From the IMG/VR virus record IMGVR_UViG_3300029037_000169: a stretch of 64,000 nucleotides of DNA; one strand, 5' to 3'. Positions 56,941 through 64,000 of this stretch are shown here, in pieces. The notes under the pieces were generated by a model that was not told the DNA's origin, did no database searches, and was given only the letters and a program-made list of their open reading frames with translations. Position numbers and translations under genes: made by a program. Numbering within the stretch: position 1 is the first letter of the stretch; the number at the start of each line of letters is the position of its first letter. This DNA is from a virus.

Positions 56941-58413
56941 TTAATGATCATCATCACCATCACCGCTATTCTCTTCCTCTATTTCTTTAAGTACCTCATC
57001 CACCCTTTCCGCATTACCGGCAAATAAAATACCTTCTCTCCTACTCCAGATCTTTCCGTTTATCGCATTAGTAGCCGTATAAACCCTCTCATCTATATCA
57101 TCGATCATATACGGAACCAGATCAACATCTATGTCTATTGTTTGTGACGCTTTCATAAATTGACTGGGATTGATATCTCCCATTGCTGATACTAAAAAAT
57201 TAACCCTTCTCTGGAAAAACTCCCCTATTATCTCCGCATGGTTCGAAACCGCCATATGAGCTCCCATAAAGATATATCTAAAAGCCTTTCCTGATACGGC
57301 ATTGCCTATACCTTTCAACTCTTGGGGAGAAATACGAGGTGTATTGGTCATATCATAGGCTCTATTAGTCAGTCCCTCAAGCTCTAGACGAACAGTGTCC
57401 GGGACTTGATTCCATGTTAAATATTGAGCGTTAGCCCCCGGTCCAGTAAGTTGAATCATACGATTCTTCCTCTTCCCAGAGAAGTTTTCTATGTCTCCGA
57501 ACAACATCAAGTAAGGGAAGAAATGATAGTCTATACAATCGGCGTAATTAGATAAAACCTTCTCTATTCTCACACGCAATGGCTTGATCTTATGGCAGTA
57601 ATTTTCAGAACGATAGCAATACATTACCGGAAGTTTTGAGAATAGATGTCTAAAGGATGATTCCCTCTTCTCTTGCCATGCATCACTATTCTCCCATTGA
57701 TATACATGAGTGGATGTTATCGTCTGGAAACATATTATCTCATTATCATCCAAATCCTTTTTTTTATACTCTCTTGAGAAAGCGACCAAATCGTTTGAAT
57801 CATCAAAAAATGGATATAATTTATCTCCTCTGAAAGGAGACCATATAACACTCCTCAATTTATAAGAAGGAAATACGTTCCCTGAAAAAACCATCTTGAT
57901 CTTATTCCTTAGCTTAGTCCAAAATGAATCGTCTTCCACGACATACCAATATTCCGCACATTCTTGTTCCGACAGCCAAGATCGCACCTCCCGTTTGTTT
58001 TGATACTTGATCTTGTTTTTCTTCAAGGTCTGCTGAATAGCCGCAAAAAGTGCCTTTTCCGCATCGTTAGAAGGGGCACAGTCCATTTTAGGCTCTATTC
58101 CTACGGTAAACGCCGTTTGAATATTTGTTATATCCTGCTCAAGAGGAATAGATATACGATTACAAGGCTCAGTATGTTTCTTGGCTGGAATTTCCATATA
58201 TTCACCGGTGTCGTGATTATAAGCTTTTCCCTCTTTCTCATCCACGATTTCTATATCCGGGTATTTCTCTTTATCCGTTATAATCTCATGCAGATCTGGA
58301 TTCCAGTCGGCCATATTCTCTCTATTGTCGGGGAGAGGGGTTCTTCTCCCTTTCTTTAAATACTCGATCTTCTGATCTATATCTTCTAACGCTAAAATCT
58401 CTTCAAGTGTCAT
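56941..58413 (-). CDS. portal protein candidate
   Basis: 490 aa immediately downstream of large terminase; acidic C-terminus. Confidence 0.55.
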   Translation of the reverse strand: MTLEEILALEDIDQKIEYLKKGRRTPLPDNRENMADWNPDLHEIITDKEKYPDIEIVDEKEGKAYNHDTGEYMEIPAKKHTEPCNRISIPLEQDITNIQTAFTVGIEPKMDCAPSNDAEKALFAAIQQTLKKNKIKYQNKREVRSWLSEQECAEYWYVVEDDSFWTKLRNKIKMVFSGNVFPSYKLRSVIWSPFRGDKLYPFFDDSNDLVAFSREYKKKDLDDNEIICFQTITSTHVYQWENSDAWQEKRESSFRHLFSKLPVMYCYRSENYCHKIKPLRVRIEKVLSNYADCIDYHFFPYLMLFGDIENFSGKRKNRMIQLTGPGANAQYLTWNQVPDTVRLELEGLTNRAYDMTNTPRISPQELKGIGNAVSGKAFRYIFMGAHMAVSNHAEIIGEFFQRRVNFLVSAMGDINPSQFMKASQTIDIDVDLVPYMIDDIDERVYTATNAINGKIWSRREGILFAGNAERVDEVLKEIEEENSGDGDDDH

Positions 58414-58424
58414 AATTTTACGTT

Positions 58425-59690
58425 TTAATGTCCAAATATTCCGGAATAATCCCTAGGCTTTAAAACACGCCCCAAAAGACATCCCAACACATAGTACCTA
58501 ATTCCGTCCATGAGATGATTGTAATCATCTATCGGCTCATTGATACGATTTCCATCCTTGTCCTTATCCCATACATAGTTGCGAAGCTCCTTTATGAGAT
58601 TATAAGAATGCTCCGTGACAAATAGCTCCATATCCTTAATCTTATCAATCCCAGCCTTAATAGATCCCGGATACTTATCTACTGGGTAAATATTGACCCC
58701 CCTGTTCTTTATCTCTTGGATAAGACGTGGATCTTGCGAGTCGGCAAATACTTTCAATGAATAAGGGCGGAGCTTTTTAGCTATGGCAGATGAAAGCATA
58801 TCCGTCTCATAGAAAAGCTCATCCACATACAACCTATTATCAATGATTCCGCATCTGACCGCAGCGGATGGATCGTTGGAGAAACCAAAGTCTTGCCCAA
58901 TAGCCACTTTCTTACACCACTGAGGAAAATCTTTAACGATACCCCATTTCTTAAATACTGCACCTTCCGCAACATCAGCCCATCGACCGATAACCACATG
59001 AGCATATTTATCTGGATTATACTCTTTCATTCGTCTCACCTCTCCAAGAAATTGGGGCGATAAGTTATCAATATTATCCAAATAGGTCGTATGTATATGT
59101 AATACATTTGGATGAGTAGATATCTGCACCTGCACACCGTCTATCTCCACCAGCTTATGAGTATTCTCAATATACTTCTTATAGATAAAATGATTGGAAT
59201 CTGTGGGATTCATTACTATGATAATCCGGTTCTGAATCCCCTTTTGGCGTATGGACAACATTATTTTGTCGAAGTCGGATTCTGAAGTCCATTCCTCCGC
59301 CTCATCACACACAAAGGTCGTAAGCCCTTTAATTGATTTGAGCCGTGCCGTCTGATTTCCGGACGATGTTTTTATTCCACGAAAGAGGATTTTGCTATCT
59401 GAGTAATTATTGATGATATCCTTATTAGTTATATCAAAAAACTCATCCGTTCCCTCCAACTCAATCTTCTCCTGCAACTCCGGAATCACTGACATGGAAG
59501 CGGCAACCATCGTATAACGGCAAAATAAGATTATATGCCCAGACTCAAAAGATAGTCGCTCTATAAAAGTAGAGGCATTAAAACTTTTTCCACTGCCCCT
59601 ACCTCCCGTTATAAGAATGATAAATTTATCAGCATCCTCATACAAGGGCTTGTAAGGTAATTGGGGTTTTATGTTAAATACCGGGACCAT
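58425..59690 (-). CDS. terL: terminase large subunit
   Basis: Walker A ILITGGRGSGKSF; Walker B/coupling FVCDEAEEW; C-terminal nuclease-like region. Confidence 0.8.
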   Translation of the reverse strand: MVPVFNIKPQLPYKPLYEDADKFIILITGGRGSGKSFNASTFIERLSFESGHIILFCRYTMVAASMSVIPELQEKIELEGTDEFFDITNKDIINNYSDSKILFRGIKTSSGNQTARLKSIKGLTTFVCDEAEEWTSESDFDKIMLSIRQKGIQNRIIIVMNPTDSNHFIYKKYIENTHKLVEIDGVQVQISTHPNVLHIHTTYLDNIDNLSPQFLGEVRRMKEYNPDKYAHVVIGRWADVAEGAVFKKWGIVKDFPQWCKKVAIGQDFGFSNDPSAAVRCGIIDNRLYVDELFYETDMLSSAIAKKLRPYSLKVFADSQDPRLIQEIKNRGVNIYPVDKYPGSIKAGIDKIKDMELFVTEHSYNLIKELRNYVWDKDKDGNRINEPIDDYNHLMDGIRYYVLGCLLGRVLKPRDYSGIFGH

Positions 59691-59692
59691 TC

Positions 59693-60160
59693 CTAAAAAG
59701 ATTTAATCCACTCAGATATTTTCTTGCTACCCTTCTCATTCGTTCCCTGATCATCTTGTTTATCGGATAATCCAAGTTTCCTAGCGATAATATTTGCGTT
59801 AAACGCTCCCACTACCGCACCTTCGAATTGTTGAGTCTCAATTACGCTCTCTATACGCGATATGACCGTAGAAAAATCTATATGGTTCTTAGCAGCCTTA
59901 AATTGCCTCCAATAAGCCTCGTTAGCGTCACAGTAAAGCATAAACCCGCTTAAACTATAAGGCCTTTGCGTCGGGGTCTCCTCCTTTTCCTTGGTCTTGC
60001 CTTTAGTCTTATTCTTAACTACCTTCCAAGGATGCTTATCACACCATTCAAAATATTCACATGCAGATTCCCATAGCAACTCAGGCGTGGCAAATAACTT
60101 GTCACGCCCATGCTTGTTCCTTAGTTTCCAAAACTGATTTCCTCTTGGTGCCGCACACAT
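59693..60160 (-). CDS. terminase small subunit candidate
   Basis: Directly upstream of terL with 3-nt spacing. Confidence 0.45.
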   Translation of the reverse strand: MCAAPRGNQFWKLRNKHGRDKLFATPELLWESACEYFEWCDKHPWKVVKNKTKGKTKEKEETPTQRPYSLSGFMLYCDANEAYWRQFKAAKNHIDFSTVISRIESVIETQQFEGAVVGAFNANIIARKLGLSDKQDDQGTNEKGSKKISEWIKSF

Positions 60161-60235
60161 ATCTCAATATTTTGTTATCCAAAGATATATATGACCAATA
60201 GCACATCATAAATAAAGATTTATTTATTCACAACA

Positions 60236-60676
60236 TCACCCAAGTTGTTGTGTTTTATTTTCTAGATATTTTCCCAAACGTAATATTATCTCCTTATATA
60301 TCCTTTCAACGTCTTGACGAAAATATTTATAGAGTTGATAGGAAAATACTAAATTGTTAGTGTTGTTGGATACTACCGATTTTTCCTTTATAGGAAATAC
60401 CTCAGCTAGTTTTTCCCTTAAACCAGCCCTCATTTTTCCACCAGCTAAGGTTGTAGGTGAATAAAGATATAAGATTATGAAAATGAATTTTTTCCTTTGG
60501 GAGACATTCCCTTTTGGAAGTTCTTTACCATCAAGGGCTATCTCCTTGAACCACTCATATAGGGTATCGATCATGCCCAAGTCGGTTAACACAGGTTTAG
60601 CGATCTCCGATTCACGCTCAGAGAGTCTGTACTTTTGCTCACGAATGGATTTGAGCTCAAAAATATTTGAAAACAT
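60236..60676 (-). CDS. hypothetical protein (first gene of late operon)
   Basis: ORF only. Confidence 0.35.
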   Translation of the reverse strand: MFSNIFELKSIREQKYRLSERESEIAKPVLTDLGMIDTLYEWFKEIALDGKELPKGNVSQRKKFIFIILYLYSPTTLAGGKMRAGLREKLAEVFPIKEKSVVSNNTNNLVFSYQLYKYFRQDVERIYKEIILRLGKYLENKTQQLG

Positions 60677-60918
60677 ATTTTCGTAACTTTAAGTTACGCA
60701 CCTGTCCCGCAAATATAATGAATAATATACATGACGGCTACACTGTATCCATAAAATATGTTATTGATCATAATTGGGAGTTGAGAAGGAAAAACGTTAT
60801 ATTTGTCACGATGGAGAATTAAGACATCAAAAATCCTATAAAAAAACGCCTTTTACGTGTATTTTTACGTGTAACAACAAAAATAGCCTTGACAATCAGT
60901 AAATTACCAAGGCTATTG

Positions 60919-60933
60919 TGGAGATGGAGAGAT
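60919..60933. repeat. right prophage junction (att core) = 3' terminal 15 nt of ssrA
   Basis: Identical to 865..879. Confidence 0.65.
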
Positions 60934-61315
60934 TCGAACTCTCGTCCAAACGAGGAATTAATTTGCTTTCTACATGTTTATCTTCGCCTTCATTGTCGGG
61001 GAAGAGCAAGACCGAAGCCACCCACTCATCCCTTATCCTCTAAAGTTTCGCCTGAGACCCGAGGCTTATCTCAAACTATCTCCGATATTGCTGCACCACC
61101 TGATCGGAACGCTTCGGAGCCACAGCATCCGGGTGATGTCACGTCCCCGCAACTTTTGCAGGGATTAAGCTTGAATCTACTATACTTCGATTAAGCAGCG
61201 AGAGCGTAATTATTTTCGCCAGTTAATTGTTCGTTGTCTGAGATTTAAGTGCAAGCCAACCACGCACTACATGCTTACAAACCACTTCTACCCGCTGTCA
61301 AAACCGGTCATCCCC
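60919..61315 (-). ncRNA. ssrA: tmRNA (ssrA) with tag peptide GENNYALAA
   Basis: 5' GGGGATGACCGGTTTTGACAGCGGG; tag ORF GGCGAAAATAATTACGCTCTCGCTGCTTAA (61191..61220, minus); 3' tRNA-like GAGAGTTCGAATCTCTCCATCTCCA. Confidence 0.85.
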
Positions 61316-61551
61316 ATGGTTTTATAACTGATTAAAAATCAAAAGAAAGCGAAGATGTTTCCGTTTATGGGTAACAAACTGGTAACAAAATTAAAGAACT
61401 TTTCCTTCAAATAATCGCTTTCTTTGGTGCAAAGATACAGATTAATCTGGATTTGCCAAATAACAGGCCGCATAAAGGCTAAATTCCTCCAACATATCAC
61501 CTATCACATTTTTGTTACTCGTTTGTTACTTACCTGTATTCCGTTGCTACC

Positions 61552-61620
61552 ATCTCCGTCAACCTCTATGTTTCTCATCCAAATAATTGCACAGGTTACG
61601 GGGTTACGGTTACGGTGATA
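61552..61620 (+). repeat. ~68-bp direct repeat A with GGTTAC iterons
   Basis: ATCTCCGTCAACCTCTATGTTT...CACAGGTTACGGGGTTACGGTTACGG; partner at 61886..61953. Confidence 0.6.
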
Positions 61621-61826
61621 CCATACGTGTTATAAATCAATAAATTAAGCGCATTTATACCGTAACCTCAACATTCGTACCCGGCATTCCATCAAAGGAC
61701 AGGCTCAAAGACCGTGCCGGGTGTGGCTGGAGCTACTGAAAGCCTATTTAAACGCACATAGCGTCACCACATATCCAGTGAAGCCTATGCAATCGAAATA
61801 AGACCGCTCTCACGATATTTACCCAA

Positions 61827-61849
61827 GTTGACAGGTTGACGGTTGACTG
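61827..61849 (+). repeat. triple GTTGAC tandem motif (GTTGACAGGTTGACGGTTGAC)
   Basis: Complement CCGTCAACC occurs in both 68-bp repeats. Confidence 0.5.
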
Positions 61850-61885
61850 CATATTATCAATCTATTAATCAGATATTTATACCCA

Positions 61886-61953
61886 AATCTCCGTCAACCT
61901 CTATGTTTATCTATAAAATAAACACACAGGTTATCAGGTTATAGGTTATCAGA
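61886..61953 (+). repeat. ~68-bp direct repeat B with GGTTAT iterons
   Basis: AATCTCCGTCAACCTCTATGTTT...CACAGGTTATCAGGTTATAGGTTATCAG. Confidence 0.6.
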
Positions 61954-62182
61954 CAGCAAATGCATTGAATTTCAAGCCATATACCCCCTTTTAAGGTGAT
62001 AACCTCTAATATCGATCTGCTTATGTCCTGTATCTTCACCTCCAGCTATGAACGTTGCTGGTTAAGTGTGCATTTGTCCCTTGACGCAATCTCGCTTTGC
62101 GTTGTCCGGTCGTTCCGGTCCGCAAGGGTGTCCGGTAGGCAATATTACCTACCGGGCATCAAACTTCCGATCGCCGTTCCCG

Positions 62183-62473
62183 TCATGAGGCATTTCCTTT
62201 CTCGATCACCCTCAGAAAATCCCTCACGCAAGACACGGCCCTCATCTTATCCATGATGTCCTTGTCCTCGTAGCAACCCTCGCAACTCAACTGGATGAGC
62301 GTGTCTATCATATCGCCCATGTCCTCGGAGAACAGGTAACCGGACATGTCCTTTATCTCTTTCATCATTTCCGGGGTGATGCTCAATCCTCCGATCACCA
62401 ATTCCGAAGCCTCATTAATCTTGATCTCGTTCTCGCCGGCTCTCACGACGATGTCCTTAATTAAATCTTTCAT
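62183..62473 (-). CDS. hypothetical protein downstream of ECF sigma factor (anti-sigma candidate)
   Basis: Operon position only. Confidence 0.3.
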   Translation of the reverse strand: MKDLIKDIVVRAGENEIKINEASELVIGGLSITPEMMKEIKDMSGYLFSEDMGDMIDTLIQLSCEGCYEDKDIMDKMRAVSCVRDFLRVIEKGNAS

Positions 62474-62487
62474 TTTTCTTGTAGTTA

Positions 62488-62967
62488 TTAAAATATAGAT
62501 CTATTAAGTAATTTGAAAACGCTCTTTCTCTGGAAAAATATGCGGCTCTTTACCGTACCTATGGCTTTCTTTGTCCGGTCGGATATCTCCAGATAGTTAT
62601 ACCCTTCAATGAATAACGAAAGCTCGATCATCCCCTTGTCACGCATGACCCTGTCAACTCTTTGGTACTCGTCCCTTATGTCTTGGAGTATATCGCCGTC
62701 CTCCAGCATATCACACGCATAAAGTGCCGGATCGTCCACGGGAACCGGCTTGTAGCGCAAGCATTGATTATGATATAGATGTCTCATGATAACGGCACAC
62801 CAGCCCCTAAAGTTGTCACCATACCGGAACTTATCGAGGTTATCCAATATACGGATATTGGTATCTTGCACTAGGTCTTTCGAGTCGTTGACGTTCCCGC
62901 AAAGATGGAAGGCGTAAGCGAATAGGTACTTTTGGACGTTCTCCAGTCGTTTTATGTTACTTTCCAT
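62488..62967 (-). CDS. ECF-type RNA polymerase sigma-70 factor
   Basis: Region 2 (FRGWCAVIMRHLYHN) and region 4 HTH (GYNYLEISDRTKKAIGTVKSRIFFQRK). Confidence 0.65.
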   Translation of the reverse strand: MESNIKRLENVQKYLFAYAFHLCGNVNDSKDLVQDTNIRILDNLDKFRYGDNFRGWCAVIMRHLYHNQCLRYKPVPVDDPALYACDMLEDGDILQDIRDEYQRVDRVMRDKGMIELSLFIEGYNYLEISDRTKKAIGTVKSRIFFQRKSVFKLLNRSIF

Positions 62968-63139
62968 ATCTGCCTCCTCTCAATGGTATCATCGTGGCCT
63001 TGACCGGGGTCTTTTCGCCTTTTAACTCACGGATATCTCGTTGTAGCTCCATGAACTTATCAAATAACTTATTGTAGTCCTTTGCTAGGCTAATAACAAA
63101 GTCCTTATAAAGCTGGATGTTTTTTTGAATTTCTTCCAT
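62957..63139 (-). CDS. hypothetical small coiled-coil protein
   Basis: Overlaps neighbours. Confidence 0.35.
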   Translation of the reverse strand: MEEIQKNIQLYKDFVISLAKDYNKLFDKFMELQRDIRELKGEKTPVKATMIPLRGGRYGK

Positions 63140-63342
63140 TATAGCGACCCTCCTTCCAGCCCGGCCAAAATGAATGCGGACATCAATAAGATTAGTACCT
63201 TGACGTAACCGAGAACGTCGTTCCTGTTATCGCATTCGAGCAAGCCGAATGACAATACGGTTAATAACTTGGCGATGGATCGCCATGATAAGACATTTAT
63301 AGACACCTGTCTTTTGGCTTGTTTTCCTAATGATAAATACAT
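63139..63342 (-). CDS. small C-terminal-TM protein, paralogue of prophage gene 14976..15206
   Basis: Shared ~150-bp DNA segment and C-terminal 50 aa. Confidence 0.45.
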   Translation of the reverse strand: MYLSLGKQAKRQVSINVLSWRSIAKLLTVLSFGLLECDNRNDVLGYVKVLILLMSAFILAGLEGGSL

Positions 63343-63393
63343 AACTTGATTTTTATAATCGGGGGTGCCGAGAATTCGGCTGCCCCCCTTTGT

Positions 63394-63705
63394 TTAATAT
63401 ATCGTGATTAGATTCTCTACCTTGAATGACCGGAACCCGTTCGCCTCAACGTCAAAGTAACGGACGGTCTTGTAATTTTCCGTACCTGTACCTTTGATGA
63501 GGTTCTGAACGTCCTGTAACGTTCCTTTCGCCTTTCTCAAGCTTCCATCCGCTTTCTCGTAAGCGAATGTTACTATTTCCCGGCGCATCCGCTTGGTGAG
63601 GCGGTACAACGCCCACGCCTTGGACAGGCATACCGCAAATGCCTTTCCCGTTGCTCTCATAAGCTCATGAGCCTGTTTGAATACTTTTGTCCTAAAATTC
63701 TTCAT
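63394..63705 (-). CDS. hypothetical protein with terminator hairpin (GGGGGCAGCCGAATTCTCGGCACCCCC) downstream
   Basis: ORF and hairpin at 63343..63390. Confidence 0.4.
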   Translation of the reverse strand: MKNFRTKVFKQAHELMRATGKAFAVCLSKAWALYRLTKRMRREIVTFAYEKADGSLRKAKGTLQDVQNLIKGTGTENYKTVRYFDVEANGFRSFKVENLITIY

Positions 63706-64000
63706 GATCGTATAGTTTTATGTGTTAGTAATCCGTTTACGCTATGTACATCCAATATTCACGAATGTATGTCTCTGCCTCTTTCTCTGTCATAGCCTCT
63801 AGTTCGGCTAGCTCGTTGTTCATGTAATCCTCGTTTGTCATAGCTGTATATCTGTTTGTTTTATTTTGATAATGCAAAGATAATGTAATACTTTATACAA
63901 TACAAGGGCAAAGTAAAGAATTACATTACAATTAACACTATTTAATAATGTTATTCTTTATACATCTATTATAAATGAAAAGAATTACATTATATTTGCA

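Noticed and set aside
60889-61194. Plus-strand ORFs 60889..61194 and 60974..61168
   Set aside because: They lie antisense within the tmRNA gene.
61326-64000. Second prophage to the right of ssrA
   Set aside because: This is the 5' (promoter) side of ssrA, not the att side, and no structural or integrase genes are visible; only a paralogous small gene and a sigma-factor operon, so it is treated as host or other context.

Overview
The window is almost entirely one integrated tailed prophage of roughly 60 kb, siphovirus-like (long tape-measure protein, no tail sheath) and Bacteroidales-like in its promoter motifs and tmRNA tag. It sits in the 3' end of the host tmRNA gene ssrA. ssrA runs 60919..61315 on the minus strand and encodes the tag GENNYALAA. 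A 15-bp direct repeat, GTGGAGATGGAGAGA, marks both junctions at 865..879 and 60919..60933.

Left of the prophage is the host flank: an M23 peptidase gene and its terminator. The integrase gene is immediately inside the left junction.

From the left junction the plus strand carries an early/regulatory/replication module. It contains cro- and cI-like HTH regulators, an excisionase-like HTH protein, an Erf single-strand annealing protein, a VRR-NUC nuclease, a replication initiator, a DnaB helicase interrupted by a LAGLIDADG intein, and antirepressor-like proteins. It also carries three phage-borne tRNA or tRNA-like genes, tRNA pseudogene fragments, and several structured or repeated non-coding elements.

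The right ~37 kb is a minus-strand late module: terminase, portal, capsid, tail, tape measure, tail fibres, and a holin / endolysin / u-spanin lysis cassette.

The standout feature is a complete diversity-generating retroelement (DGR). It comprises a reverse transcriptase with the DGR-type IGNYLSQ motif, a 117-bp TR/VR pair with about 18 adenine-specific differences, an Avd-like ORF, and a 1041-aa tail-fibre target.

Other accessory cargo:
- a Panacea (DUF4065) antitoxin paired with a MazF/PemK-like toxin candidate;
- an SPFH lipoprotein with a small membrane partner;
- a protein built from eleven 8-aa tandem repeats;
- a moron island inside the tail module, with a frameshifted KilA-N/KilAC antirepressor;
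- an iteron-rich non-coding region next to an ECF sigma-factor operon, outside the prophage on the right flank.
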